From Mantamonas sphyraenae STR306 (Eukaryota > Protista > CRuMs): a stretch of 64,000 nt of DNA. Within the stretch, counting starts at the first letter, position 1. Every line of letters begins with the position of its first letter. The notes under the pieces are model-generated. The model was not told the DNA's origin. It did not search any database and saw only the letters and a program-made list of their open reading frames with translations. A program made the translations under genes and the position numbers. Below are positions 29,301-44,300 of this stretch, piece by piece. The DNA is taken from contig JAPMXV010000054.1 of assembly GCA_026936335.1 (NCBI GenBank), positions 62,001-126,000 of the forward strand, in the 5' to 3' direction.

Positions 29301-32300
29301 GAGTATGCAAGTGGTGCAGAGACTGCAACGCGAGGGGCTGCGTGTGACAAGCAGTCAGGTGTATGAGCTGCAGACGGTGCGTGCGCTGGCTAATGCCCTT
29401 CAAGACGATGCGAACACACAGCAGGGTTCACACGAGGATGTTGCAGTGGCAGCTGTGACGCAGTATGACGTGCACGAATGTGACGGAGAGGCACTGAGCA
29501 GACTGTACGAAGAAGCACGGCGCGGGGTGGTTGGCGCAACGAAGGAGATTGTGATGTGTGGATTGGGCACGGGGTATGTGGACCTTGGGAAGCGTCTGCT
29601 GTGTTGTGGAGACGCCTGGGTGATGTGTGCATGTGGAAACGGGCGTGTGACGATGTCCTACCGCGCAGAAGCTGTGGAATCTCCGCTGGAAGTGATGCGG
29701 GGTGTGCTTGTGGGACTGGGACGAGAGGCTGTGATGCCGATGTCGTCGATGCAGCAAGGGATGGTGTTTCACTCGCTGCACAGCAGTGGTTCTGGGAAGC
29801 GGGTCGAGGAAGAACCTGCTGGTACCCCGAGTGCTACGGGGTCTACAGCCATGTTGGGCAACGTGGTGGATGGCCGAGCAGAGTACGTCGAACACGGATT
29901 GCTGGAGATGGACAACCTGGACCGTGTGCATGCGTACGCAGAGGCATGGGCAGGCGCTTGTTCATCGCATGCCATGCTGCATGCAAGTGTGGAGTGGCCG
30001 TTCATGCGGATCGAGCGTCAGAGCACACTGAGAGTGGACTACGTGCGCGCTGACGGCTCCGATGTGATGAGGACGGTTGAAGCACACAAGAGCATCCCGA
30101 TGCGACTCGACTTGGCACCGCTGGTGCGATTGCTGCTGGTGTTGCACAGGGACACGGGGAAGACAACGGTCCTGGTTACATTCCACCACGCTGTGCTTGA
30201 CGGGTGGTCAAACGCTCTGCTGTTGCGGGAGATCAGTCTGCGATACATGGAGCAGTACGAAGGAAGCGTGGGTCGGGCCACAGCTATCGCAGGACACACC
30301 GACCAGTTAGAGTATGCATGGTGGCTGTGGAACTCGAGCAAGGGGGATGCGCGACGACACTTTGCAGAACGGTTGAAGGGCGGCCCGGGTGGCAGTTTGG
30401 TGATGAACGAAGTGCAGCGCGAGCCGGCGGAGGAAGCACCGACGAAAGCCGTGGAGCGGATCACTGTGAAAGCACAGCTGCCTGCGGACGGGAACGAGGC
30501 ACTGGCAGTGACAGTGAACACGCGAGTGCTTGCGGCATGGGCACTTGTGCTAAGCGAGCTGTGTGGACAACAACGAGTGACGGTTGGCATGACACTGAGT
30601 GGCCGACCCGGAAGCGTGGAGTCGACATCAAGGCTGGTTGGATTGTATGTGTGCACACTGCCACTGTGTGTGGACGTGGAACTGGGACTGGGGCTAGATG
30701 GTTACCTGGAGCGGGTGATGCGAGAACAGCAGCGCTTGCAAGAGTTCCAACACTGTGGGTTGCCGGAAGTTGCAGGGTGGTGTGGATACGGGCAGGCTGG
30801 AGAAATGTTCGACAGCGTTTCTGTGTTTGAGAACTACCCTGGGATGGATGGAGAAGGTGGGGTTGGAGAGACACTCACGGAAGAGAGTGTGCGACAACCG
30901 TTCCGTGTTCACAGTGCGACGAGTGAGGAAGTGACGAACTATCCCGTGCTGCTGGCATCGACTGTGGACAAGAGACGTGGCGTGGTGGAAGTGCACATGG
31001 AGTTTTCGAATGCAGGGGGAGGCATGGCACGTGCCGTGCGCGAACGGTTGGCGGAGCAACTGGAGGGGTACCTGCGTGTGCTGTGCAGGGTGAAGAAGGG
31101 GAAACCACAGACACAAGTGGGCCGCGTGGTGGGAAAGGGATGGACACGATCAGTTGGGATGGACGGAGTGACACGTGCACGTTCAGCGTTGTCAGGGCTG
31201 GGCGGGAGGACAGGAGAGGTGACTTTGCACGTGTGCAGCGTGAGCAAGGGTGAAGTACATCTGAGCCGTGGGATGGTGTACGCGATGGGGAGGCAGGTGG
31301 CAGCGGAGCTGACAAGCATGACAGTTGGGGCAGGACCTGGTACGGTGGTGGGAGTGTGTCTGGAAGCACAGAGTGTGTACACAGTGGCATGCTGTCTGGG
31401 AGTGTGGATGTGTGGAGCAGCAGTGCTGTGTATGGAACCGCGGAACCCGGACTCGAAGCTGGAGGCACTTGCGTTGGAGGCGCAGCCGTGTGCTGTGATC
31501 ACGACGCCGGAGCTGGCGGATGCACGGAACTTGGGCAGGTTGTGCGGCAACAGGATTGTGTGTGTGGCAACCGAAGGAGTCCAGGTAGCACGCAGGGGAG
31601 TTGGTGGCAGCTGGGATGGTGAACGACCATGTGTGCGTGTGTGTGGTGGTTTGGTGGCGTATGTGATTGCGACGAGCGGAACGACGGCCGGCAGAAGCAA
31701 GCTTGTGCCTGTGACACACCGGGCGTGGATGAATACGTGCATGGACAGTCAAGTCGGTGTGGCTGGTGTAATGGTCAGCGATGTTGACAGCGGAGCAAGG
31801 GTGTACCAGTTTGCATCTTTGCAGTTTGATGCCAGCATGTACGAGATTGGCTGTGCTCTTGCACGAGGAAGTAACCATGGGCATTTGGTGCACCAGCGCG
31901 ATGGGAAAGGACTTTTGGGTGGAATGTCGCTGCTGGACGAAAGGTGCACGTTGGCATTGATACCTCCTGTGGTGTTGACCCTGGGATGTAGGGCGCGCTT
32001 GCTTGATGAAGAAGTGGTCGTGGACACACTGGTGACGGGTGGCGAAGCATGCAGTGCAGCAGTCGTGAACGAGTGGACCCGTGTGTGTGTGGGAGAATGA
32101 TCCATGCGTACGGGCCGTCGGAGGACGCAATTGTGTCAAGCGCACTGATGGTGGAAAGCTCTGGTGTGAAAGAGGCACCAGGGATTGGCAGTGCACTTGA
32201 CGGGAAGACAGCGTTGGTTCTGGACGGACTGATGCGCCCTCGACCGACGACAGGGGTAGGCCTGCTGCACATGACGGGAGTGGGGATCGCTCACGGATAC

Positions 32301-35300
32301 ATGGGGCGGCCACGACTGACGGCAGAACGGTTCCTGCCGTTTGATGACGGCCTGGTGCTGTACAACACAGGAGATCTTGTGCGTGTACACTCTGCCGGGA
32401 CGATGGAGTTTGTGGGGAGAAAGGACTTTCAGTTGAAGGTGCGCGGACACCGAGTGGAAGCACAGGCGGTGGAGGGTGTGCTGGAAACCCACGAGCGTGT
32501 GGCACAAGCAGTGGTCCGGAAGCATGGCACGGGTCTAGTTGGATACGTTGCGTGTGTTGGGGGCGTGGACGCAAGCATGGAGATGTTGCAAGCAAGCCTG
32601 TACGAGCAACTGCGAACCGCATTGCCGCCGTATGCGGTTCCGACCAGCGTGGTTGCACTGGACGCGATGCCAAACAACGCTGAACGGTAAGATCGACCTG
32701 CGTCGTCTTCCGAACCCAGGGGACACGGGTGTGCAGCTGGTGCGAAGCGAGTATGCGGCGGCCGAGAGCGAGATGGAAGTAACGGTGGCGAAAGCATTTG
32801 GTGCTGTACTTGGGGTGGATGAGGTTGGGCTGGACGACAGCTTCTTCACGCTAGGCGGTGACAGTATTCTGAGTATGCAAGTGGTGCAGAGACTGCAACG
32901 CGAGGGGCTGCGTGTGACAAGCAGTCAGGTGTATGAGCTGCAGACGGTGCGTGCGCTGGCTAATGCCCTTCAAGACGATGCGAACACACAGCAGGGTTCA
33001 CACGAGGATGTTGCAGTGGCAGCTGTGACGCAGTATGACGTGCACGAATGTGACGGAGAGGCACTGAGCAGACTGTACGAAGAAGCACGGCGCGGGGTGG
33101 TTGGCGCAACGAAGGAGATTGTGATGTGTGGATTGGGCACGGGGTATGTGGACCTTGGGAAGCGTCTGCTGTGTTGTGGAGACGCCTGGGTGATGTGTGC
33201 ATGTGGAAGACGGGCGTGTGACGATGTCCTACCGCGCAGAAGCTGTGGAATCTCCGCTGGAAGTGATGCGGGGTGTGCTTGTGGGACTGGGACGAGAGGC
33301 TGTGATGCCGATGTCGTCGATGCAGCAAGGGATGGTGTTTCACTCGCTGCACAGCATTGGTTCTGGGAAGCGGGTCGAGGAAGAACCTGCTGGTACCCGA
33401 GTGCTACGGGTCTACAGCCATGTTGGGCAACGTGGTGGATGGCCGAGCAGAGTACGTCGAACACGGATTGCTGGAGATGGACAACCTGGACCGTGTGCAT
33501 GCGTACGCAGAGGCATGGGCAGGCGCTTGTTCATCGCATGCCATGCTGCATGCAAGTGTGGAGTGGCCGTTCATGCGGATCGAGCGTCAGAGCACACTGA
33601 GAGTGGACTACGTGCGCGCTGACGGCTCCGATGTGATGAGGACGGTTGAAGCACACAAGAGCATCCCGATGCGACTCGACTTGGCACCGCTGGTGCGATT
33701 GCTGCTGGTGTTGCACAGGGACACGGGGAAGACAACGGTCCTGGTTACATTCCACCACGCTGTGCTTGACGGGTGGTCAAACGCTCTGCTGTTGCGGGAG
33801 ATCAGTCTGCGATACATGGAGCAGTACGAAGGAAGCGTGGGTCGGGCCACAGCTATCGCAGGACACACCGACCAGTTAGAGTATGCATGGTGGCTGTGGA
33901 ACTCGAGCAAGGGGGATGCGCGACGACACTTTGCAGAACGGTTGAAGGGCGGCCCGGGTGGCAGTTTGGTGATGAACGAAGTGCAGCGCGAGCCGGCGGA
34001 GGAAGCACCGACGAAAGCCGTGGAGCGGATCACTGTGAAAGCACAGCTGCCTGCGGACGGGAACGAGGCACTGGCAGTGACAGTGAACACGCGAGTGCTT
34101 GCGGCATGGGCACTTGTGCTAAGCGAGCTGTGTGGACAACAACGAGTGACGGTTGGCATGACACTGAGTGGCCGACCCGGAAGCGTGGAGTCGACATCAA
34201 GGCTGGTTGGATTGTATGTGTGCACACTGCCACTGTGTGTGGACGTGGAACTGGGACTGGGGCTAGATGGTTACCTGGAGCGGGTGATGCGAGAACAGCA
34301 GCGCTTGCAAGAGTTCCAACACTGTGGGTTGCCGGAAGTTGCAGGGTGGTGTGGATACGGGCAGGCTGGAGAAATGTTCGACAGCGTTTCTGTGTTTGAG
34401 AACTACCCTGGGATGGATGGAGAAGGTGGGGTTGGAGAGACACTCACGGAAGAGAGTGTGCGACAACCGTTCCGTGTTCACAGTGCGACGAGTGAGGAAG
34501 TGACGAACTATCCCGTGCTGCTGGCATCGACTGTGGACAAGAGACGTGGCGTGGTGGAAGTGCACATGGAGTTTTCGAATGCAGGGGGAGGCATGGCACG
34601 TGCCGTGCGCGAACGGTTGGCGGAGCAACTGGAGGGGTACCTGCGTGTGCTGTGCAGGGTGAAGAAGGGGAAACCACAGACACAAGTGGGCCGCGTGGTG
34701 GGAAAGGGATGGACACGATCAGTTGGGATGGACGGAGTGACACGTGCACGTTCAGCGTTGTCAGGGCTGGGCGGGAGGACAGGAGAGGTGACTTTGCACG
34801 TGTGCAGCGTGAGCAAGGGTGAAGTACATCTGAGCCGTGGGATGGTGTACGCGATGGGGAGGCAGGTGGCAGCGGAGCTGACAAGCATGACAGTTGGGGC
34901 AGGACCTGGTACGGTGGTGGGAGTGTGTCTGGAAGCACAGAGTGTGTACACAGTGGCATGCTGTCTGGGAGTGTGGATGTGTGGAGCAGCAGTGCTGTGT
35001 ATGGAACCGCGGAACCCGGACTCGAAGCTGGAGGCACTTGCGTTGGAGGCGCAGCCGTGTGCTGTGATCACGACGCCGGAGCTGGCGGATGCACGGAACT
35101 TGGGCAGGTTGTGCGGCAACAGGATTGTGTGTGTGGCAACCGAAGGAGTCCAGGTAGCACGCGGGGGAGTTGGTGGCAGCTGGGATGGTGAACGACCATG
35201 TGTGCGTGTGTGTGGTGGTTTGGTGGCGTATGTGATTGCGACGAGCGGAACGACGGCCGGCAGAAGCAAGCTTGTGCCTGTGACACACCGGGCGTGGATG

Positions 35301-38300
35301 AATACGTGCATGGACAGTCAAGTCGGTGTGGCTGGTGTAATGGTCAGCGATGTTGACAGCGGAGTAAGGGTGTACCAGTTTGCATCTTTGCAGTTTGATG
35401 CCAGCATGTACGAGATTGGCTGTGCTCTTGCACGAGGAAGTAACCATGGGCATTTGGTGCACCAGCGCGATGGGGAAGGACTTTTGGGTGGAATGTCGCT
35501 GCTGGACGAAAGGTGCACGTTGGCATTGATACCTCCTGTGGTGTTGACCCTGGGATGTAGGGCGCGCTTGCTTGATGAAGAAGTGGTCGTGGACACACTG
35601 GTGACGGGTGGCGAAGCATGCAGTGCAGCAGTCGTGAACGAGTGGACCCGTGTGTGTTGGAGAATGATCCATGCGTACGGGCCGTCGGAGGACGCAATTG
35701 TGTCAAGCGCACTGATGGTGGAAAGCTCTGGTGTGAAAGAGGCACCAGGGATTGGCAGTGCACTTGACGGGAAGACAGCGTTGGTTCTGGACGGGCTGAT
35801 GCGCCCTCGACCGACGACAGGGGTAGGCCTGCTGCACATGACGGGAGTGGGGATCGCTCACGGATACATGGGGCGGCCACGACTGACGGCAGAACGGTTC
35901 CTGCCGTTTGATGACGGCCTGGTGCTGTACAACACAGGAGATCTTGTGCGTGTACACTCTGCCGGGACGATGGAGTTTGTGGGGAGAAAGGACTTTCAGC
36001 TGAAGGTGCGCGGACACCGAGTGAAGCACAGGCGGTGGAGGGTGTGCTGGAAACCCACGAGCGTGTGGCACAAGCAGTGGTCCGGAAGCATGGCACGGGT
36101 CTAGTTGGATACGTTGCGTGTGTTGGGGCGTGGACGCAAGCATGGAGATGTTGCAAGCAAGCCTGTACGAGCAACTGCGAACCGCACTGCCGCCGTATGC
36201 GGTTCCGACCAGCGTGGTTGCACTGGACGCGATGCCAACAACGCTGAACGGTAAGATCGACCTGCGTCGTCTTCCGAACCCAGGGGACACGGGTGTGCAG
36301 CTGGTGCGAAGCGAGTATGCGGCGGCCGAGAGCGAGATGGAAGTAACGGTGGCGAAAGCATTTGGTGCTGTACTTGGGGTGGATGAGGTTGGGCTGGACG
36401 ACAGCTTCTTCACGCTAGGCGGTGACAGCATTCTGAGTATGCAAGTGGTGCAGAGACTGCAACGCGAGGGGCTGCGTGTGACAAGCAGTCAGGTGTATGA
36501 GCTGCAGACGGTGCGTGCGCTGGCTAATGCCCTTCAAGACGATGCGAACACACAGCAGGGTTCACACGAGGATGTTGCAGTGGCAGCTGTGACGCAGTAT
36601 GACGTGCACGAATGTGACGGAGAGGCACTGAGCAGACTGTACGAAGAAGCACGGCGCGGGGTGGTTGGCGCAACGAAGGAGATTGTGATGTGTGGATTGG
36701 GCACGGGGTATGTGGACCTTGGGAAGCGTCTGCTGTGTTGTGGAGACGCCTGGGTGATGTGTGCATGTGGAGACGGGCGTGTGACGATGTCCTACCGCGC
36801 AGAAGCTGTGGAATCTCCGCTGGAAGTGATGCGGGGTGTGCTTGTGGGACTGGGACGAGAGGCTGTGATGCCGATGTCGTCGATGCAGCAAGGGATGGTG
36901 TTTCACTCGCTGCACAGCAGTGGCTCTGGGAAGCGGGTCGAGGAAGGACCTGCTGGTACCCCGAGTGCTACGTGGTCTACAGCCATGTTGGGCAACGTGG
37001 TGGATGGCCGAGCAGAGTACGTCGAACACGGATTGCTGGAGATGGACAACCTGGACCGTGCACATGCGTACGCAGAGGCATGGGCAGGCGCTTGTTCATC
37101 GCATGCCATGCTGCATGCAAGTGTGGAGTGGCCGTTCATGCGGATCGAGCGTCAGAGCACACTGAGAGTGGACTACGTGCGTGCTGACGGCTCCGATGTG
37201 ATGAGGACGGTTGAAGCACACAAGAGCATCCCGATGCGACTCGACTTGGCACCGCTGGTGCGATTGCTGCTGGTGTTGCACAGGGACACGGGGAAGACAA
37301 CGGTCCTGGTTACATTCCACCACGCTGTGCTTGACGGGTGGTCAAACGCTCTGCTGTTGCGGGAGATCAGTCTGCGATACATGGAGCAGTACGAAGGAAG
37401 CGTGGGTCGGGCCACAGCTATCGCAGGACACACCGACCAGTTAGAGTATGCATGGTGGCTGTGGAACTCGAGCAAGGGGGATGCGCGACGACACTTTGCA
37501 GAACGGTTGAAGGGCGGCTCGGGTGGCAGTTTGGTGATGAACGAAGTGCAGCGCGAGCCGGCGGAGGAAGCACCGACGAAAGCCGTGGAGCGGATCACTG
37601 TGAAAGCACAGCTGCCTGCGGACGGGAACGAGGCACTGGCAGTGACAGTGAACACGCGAGTGCTTGCGGCATGGGCACTTGTGCTAAGCGAGCTGTGTGG
37701 ACAACAACGAGTGACGGTTGGCATGACACTGAGTGGCCGACCCGGAAGCGTGGAGTCGACATCAAGGCTGATTGGATTGTATGTGTGCACACTGCCACTG
37801 TGTGTGGACGTGGAACTGGGACTGGGGCTAGATGGTTACCTGGAGCGGGTGATGCGAGAACAGCAGCGCTTGCAAGAGTTCCAACACTGTGGGTTGCCGG
37901 AAGTTGCAGGGTGGTGTGGATACGGGCAGGCTGGAGAAATGTTCGACAGCGTTTCTGTGTTTGAGAACTACCCTGGGATGGATGGAGAAGGTGGGGTTGG
38001 AGAGACACTCACGGAAGAGAGTGTGCGACAACCGTTCCGTGTTCACAGTGCGACGAGTGAGGAAGTGACGAACTATCCCGTGCTGCTGGCATCGACTGTG
38101 GACAAGAGACGTGGCGTGGTGGAAGTGCACATGGAGTTTTCGAATGCAGGGGGAGGCATGGCACGTGCCGTGCGCGAACGGTTGGCGGAGCAACTGGAGG
38201 GGTACCTGCGTGTGCTGTGCAGGGTGAAGAAGGGGAAACCACAGACACAAGTGGGCCGCGTGGTGGGAAAGGGATGGACACGATCAGTTGGGATGGACGG

Positions 38301-41300
38301 AGTGACACGTGCACGTTCAGCGTTGTCAGGGCTGGGCGGGAGGACAGGAGAGGTGACTTTGCACGTGTGCAGCGTGAGCAAGGGTGAAGTACATCTGAGC
38401 CGTGGGATGGTGTACGCGATGGGGAGGCAGGTGGCAGCGGAGCTGACAAGCATGACAGTTGGGGCAGGACCTGGTACGGTGGTGGGAGTGTGTCTGGAAG
38501 CACAGAGTGTGTACACAGTGGCATGCTGTCTGGGAGTGTGGATGTGTGGAGCAGCAGTGCTGTGTATGGAACCGCGTAACCCGGACTCGAAGCTGGAGGC
38601 ACTTGCGTTGGAGGCGCAGCCGTGTGCTGTGATCACGACGCCGGAGCTGGCGGATGCACGGAACTTGGGCAGGTTGTGCGGCAACAGGATTGTGTGTGTG
38701 TGGCAACCGAAGGAGTCCAGGTAGCACGCGGGGGAGTTGGTGGCAGCTGGGATGGTGAACGACCATGTGTGCGTGTGTGTGGTGGTTTGGTGGCGTATGT
38801 GATTGCGACGAGCGGAACGACGGCCGGCAGAAGCAAGCTTGTGCCTGTGACACACCGGGCGTGGATGAATACGTGCATGGACAGTCAAGTCGGTGTGGCT
38901 GGTGTAATGGTCAGCGATGTTGACAGCGGAGCAAGGGTGTACCAGTTTGCATCTTTGCAGTTTGATGCCAGCATGTACGAGATTGGCTGTGCTCTTGCAC
39001 GAGGAAGTAACCATGGGCATTTGGTGCACCAGCGCGATGGGGAAGGACTTTTGGGTGGAATGTCGCTGCTGGACGAAAGGTGCACGTTGGCATTGATACC
39101 TCCTGTGGTGTTGACCCTGGGATGTAGGGCGCGCTTGCTTTGATGAAGAAGTGGTCGTGGACACACTGGTGACGGGTGGCGAAGCATGCAGTGCAGCAGT
39201 CGTGAACGAGTGGACCCGTGTGTGTGGGAGAATGATCCATGCGTACGGGCCGTCGGAGGACGCAATTGTGTCAAGCGCACTGATGGTGGAAAGCTCTGGT
39301 GTGAAAGAGGCACCAGGGATTGGCAGTGCACTTGACGGGAAGACAGCGTTGGTTCTGGACGGACTGATGCGCCCTCGACCGACGACAGGGGTAGGCCTGC
39401 TGCACATGACGGGAGTGGGGATCGCTCACGGATACATGGGGCGGCCACGACTGACGGCAGAACGGTTCCTGCCGTTTGATGACGGCCTGGTGCTGTACAA
39501 CACAGGAGATCTTGTGCGTGTACACGCTGCCGGGACGATGGAGTTTGTGGGAGAAAGGACTTTCAGCTGAAGGTGCGCGGACACCGAGTGGAAGCACAGG
39601 CGGTGGAGGGTGTGCTGGAAACCCACGAGCGTGTGGCACAAGCAGTGGTCCGGAAGCATGGCACGGGTCTAGTTGGATACGTTGCGTGTGTTGGGGGCGT
39701 GGACGCAAGCATGGAGATGTTGCAAGCAAGCCTGTACGAGCAACTGCGAAGCGCACTGCCGCCGTATGCGGTTCCGACCAGCGTGGTTGCACTGGACGCG
39801 ATGCCAACAACGCTGAACGGTAAGATCGACCTGCGTCGTCTTCCGAACCCAGGGGACACGGGTGTGCAGCTGGTGCGAAGCGAGTATGCGGCGGCCGAGA
39901 GCGAGATGGAAGTAACGGTGGCGAAAGCATTTGGTGCTGTACTTGGGGTGGATGAGGTTGGGCTGGACGACAGCTTCTTCACGCTAGGGTGGTGACAGCA
40001 TTCTGAGTATGCAAGTGGTGCAGAGACTGCAACGCGAGGGGCTGCGTGTGACAAGCAGTCAGGTGTATGAGCTGCAGACGGTGCGTGCGCTGGCTAATGC
40101 CCTTCAAGACGATGCGAACACACAGCAGGGTTCACACGAGGATGTTGCAGTGGCAGCTGTGACGCAGTATGACGTGCACGAATGTGACGGAGAGGCACTG
40201 AGCAGACTGTACGAAGAAGCACGGCGCGGGGTGGTTGGCGCAACGAAGGAGATTGTGATGTGTGGATTGGGCACGGGGTATGTGGACCTTGGGAAGCGTC
40301 TGCTGTGTTGTGGAGACGCTTGGGTGATGTGTGCATGTGGAAACGGGCGTGTGACGATGTCCTACCGCGCAGAAGCTGTGGAATCTCCGCTGGAAGTGAT
40401 GCGGGGTGTGCTTGTGGGACTGGGACGAGAGGCTGTGATGCCGATGTCGTCGATGCAGCAAGGGATGGTGTTTCACTCGCTGCACAGCAGTGGTTCTGGG
40501 AAGCGGGTCGAGGAAGAACCTGCTGGTACCCCGAGTGCTACGTGGTCTACAGCCATGTTGGGCAACGTGGTGGATGGCCGAGCAGAGTACGTCGAACATG
40601 GATTGCTGGAGATGGACAACCTGGACCGTGCACATGCGTACGCAGAGGCATGGGCGTGCGCTTGTTCATCGCATGCCATGCTGCATGCAAGTGTGGAGTG
40701 GCCGTTCATGCGGATCGAGCGTCAGAGCACACTGAGAGTGGACTACGTGCGTGCTGACGGCTCCGATGTGATGAGGACGGTTGAAGCACACAAGAGCATC
40801 CCGATGCGACTCGACTTGGCACCGCTGGTGCGATTGCTGCTGGTGTTGCACAGGGACACGGGGAAGACTACGGTACTGGTTACATTCCACCACGCTGTGC
40901 TTGACGGGTGGTCAAACGCTCTGCTGTTGCGGGAGATCAGTCTGCGATACATGGAGCAGTACGAAGGAAGCGTGGGTCGGGCCACAGCTATCGCAGGACA
41001 CACCGACCAGTTAGAGTATGCATGGTGGCTGTGGAACTCGAGCAAGGGGGATGCGCGACGACACTTTGCAGAACGGTTGAAGGGCGCCCGGGTGGCAGTT
41101 TGGTGATGAACGAAGTGCAGCGCGAGCCGGTGGAGGAAGCACCGACGAAAGCCGTGGAGCGGATCACTGTGAAAGCACAGCTGCCTGCGGACGGGAACGA
41201 GGCACTGGCAGTGACAGTGAACACGCGAGTGCTTGCGGCATGGGCACTTGTGCTAAGCGAGCTGTGTGGACAACAACGAGTGACGGTTGGCATGACACTG

Positions 41301-44300
41301 AGTGGCCGACCCGGAAGCGTGGAGTCGACATCAAGGCTGATTGGATTGTATGTGTGCACACTGCCACTGTGTGTGGACGTGGAACTGGGACTGGGGCTAG
41401 ATGGTTACCTGGAGCGGGTGATGCGAGAACAGCAGCGCTTGCAAGAGTTCCAACACTGTGGGTTGCCGGAAGTTGCAGGGTGGTGTGGATACGGGCAGGC
41501 TGGAGAAATGTTCGACAGCGTTTCTGTGTTTGAGAACTACCCTGGGATGGATGGAGAAGGTGGGGTTGGAGAGACACTCACGGAAGAGAGTGTGCGACAA
41601 CCGTTCCGTGTTCACAGTGCGACGAGTGAGGAAGTGACGAACTATCCCGTGCTGCTGGCATCGACTGTGGACAAGAGACGTGGCGTGGTGGAAGTGCACA
41701 TGGAGTTTTCGAATGCAGGGGGAGGCATGGCACGTGCCGTGCGCGAACGGTTGGCGGAGCAACTGGAGGGGTACCTGCGTGTGCTGTGCAGGGTGAAGAA
41801 GGGGATGCCACAGACACAAGTGGGCCGCGTGGTGGGAAAGGGATGGACACGATCAGTTGGGATGGACGGAGTGACACGTGCACGTTCAGCGTTGTCAGGG
41901 CTGGGCGGGAGGACAGGAGAGGTGACTTTGCACGTGTGCAGCGTGAGCAAGGGTGAAGTACATCTGAGCCGTGGGATGGTGTACGCGATGGGGAGGCAGG
42001 TGGCAACGGAGCTGACAAGCATGACAGTTGGGGCAGGACCTGGTACGGTGGTGGGAGTGTGTCTGGAAGCACAGAGTGTGTACACAGTGGCATGCTGTCT
42101 GGGAGTGTGGATGTGTGGAGCAGCAGTGTTTGTGCATGGAACCGCGGAACCCGGACTCGAAGCTGGAGGCACTTGCGTTGGAGGCGCAGCCGTGTGCTGT
42201 GATCACGACGCCGGAGCTGGCGGATGCACGGAACTTGGGCAGGTTGTGCGGCAACAGGATTGTGTGTGTGGCAACCGAAGGAGTCCAGGTAGCACGCGGG
42301 GGAGTTGGTGGCAGCTGGGATGGTGAACGACCATGTGTGCGTGTGTGTGGTGGTTTGGTGGCGTATGTGATTGCGACGAGCGGAACGACGGCCGGCAGAA
42401 GCAAGCTTGTGCCTGTGACACACCGGGCATGGATGAATACGTGCTTCGCTTACTCGAAGTACTTGTCCACGTCAACACGTGTCGGGCAAATGTTGTCTAT
42501 GCAGTTCGACGCGAGCATGCTTGAACTGGGATGGGGCTTGATTGGAGGCAGCCAAGTGGTACATTGTGATTTGAACGATGGCTTGTTGTACGTGTTGGAG
42601 AGCTCGTGCGTTCAGGTTGCGTCCGTACCACCGGTGCTGTTGGCGAGGCACGAGTACGCGGATCTCTCGGTTGAAGGACTGCAAATGGTATCTGCAGGAG
42701 GGGAAGCTACAACGAAAGAGATGCTGCGCAAATGGGCGGGCTCCTTGGTATACATACAAGCGTACGGTCCTTCGGAAGACTCGATTGTCTCAACGATGAC
42801 TGTGTTGGGTGAATATGACACACCAAGCATCGGTAGTGCACTTGACGGGAAGACAGCGTTGGTTCTGGACGGGCTGATGCGCCCTCGACCGGCGACAGGG
42901 GTAGGCCTGCTGCACATGACGGGAGTGGGGATCGCTCACGGATACATGGGGCGGCCACGACTGACGGCAGAACGGTTCCTGCCGTTTGATGACGGCCTGG
43001 TGCTGTACAACACAGGAGATCTTGTGCGTGTACACTCTGCCGGGACGATGGAGTTTGTGGGGAGAAAGGACTTTCAGCTGAAGGTGCGCGGACACCGAGT
43101 GGAAGCACAGGCGGTGGAGGGTGTGCTGGAAACCACGAGCGTGTGGCACAAGCAGTGGTCCGGAAGCATGGCACGGGTCTAGTTGGATACGTTGCGTGTG
43201 TTGGGGGCGTGGACGCAAGCATGGAGATGTTGCAAGCAAGCCTGTACGAGCAACTGCGAACCGCATTGCCGCCGTATGCGGTTCCGACCAGCGTGGTTGC
43301 ACTGGACGCGATGCCAACAACGCTGAACGGTAAGATCGACCTGCGTCGTCTTCCGAACCAGGGGACACGGGTGTGCAGCTGGTGCGAAGCGAGTATGCGG
43401 CGGCCGAGAGCGAGATGGAAGTACGGTGGCGAAAGCATTTGGTGCTGTACTTGGGGTGGATGAGGTTGGGCTGGACGACAGCTTCTTCACGCTAGGCGGT
43501 GACAGTATTCTGAGTATGCAAGTGGTGCAGAGACTGCAACGCGAGGGGCTGCGTGTGACAAGCAGTCAGGTGTATGAGCTGCAGACGGTGCGTGCGCTGG
43601 CTAATGCCCTTCAAGACGATGCGAACACACAGCAGGGTTCACACGAGGATGTTGCAGTGGCAGCTGTGACGCAGTATGACGTGCACGAATGTGACGGAGA
43701 GGCACTGAGCAGACTGTACGAAGAAGCACGGCGCGGGGTGGTTGGCGCAACGAAGGAGATTGTGATGTGTGGATTGGGCACGGGGTATGTGGACCTTGGG
43801 AAGCGTCTGCTGTGTTGTGGAGACGCCTGGGTGATGTGTGCATGTGGAGACGGGCGTGTGACGATGTCCTACCGCGCAGAAGCTGTGGAATCTCCGCTGG
43901 AAGTGATGCGGGGTGTGCTTGTGGGACTGGGACGAGAGGCTGTGATGCCGATGTCGTCGATGCAGCAAGGGATGGTGTTTCACTCGCTGCACAGCAGTGG
44001 CTCTGGGAAGCGGGTCCAGGAAGGACCTGCTGGTACCCCGAGTGCTACGTGGTCTACAGCCATGTTGGGCAGCGTGGTGGATGGCCGAGCAGAGTACGTC
44101 GAACACGGATTGCTGGAGATGGACAACCTGGACCGTGCACATGCGTACGCAGAGGCATGGGCAGGCGCTTGTTCATCGCATGCCATGCTGCATGCAAGTG
44201 TGGAGTGGCCGTTCATGCGGATCGAGCGTCAGAGCACACTGAGAGTGGACTACGTGCGTGCTGACGGCTCCGATGTGATGAGGTCGGTTGAAGCACACAA

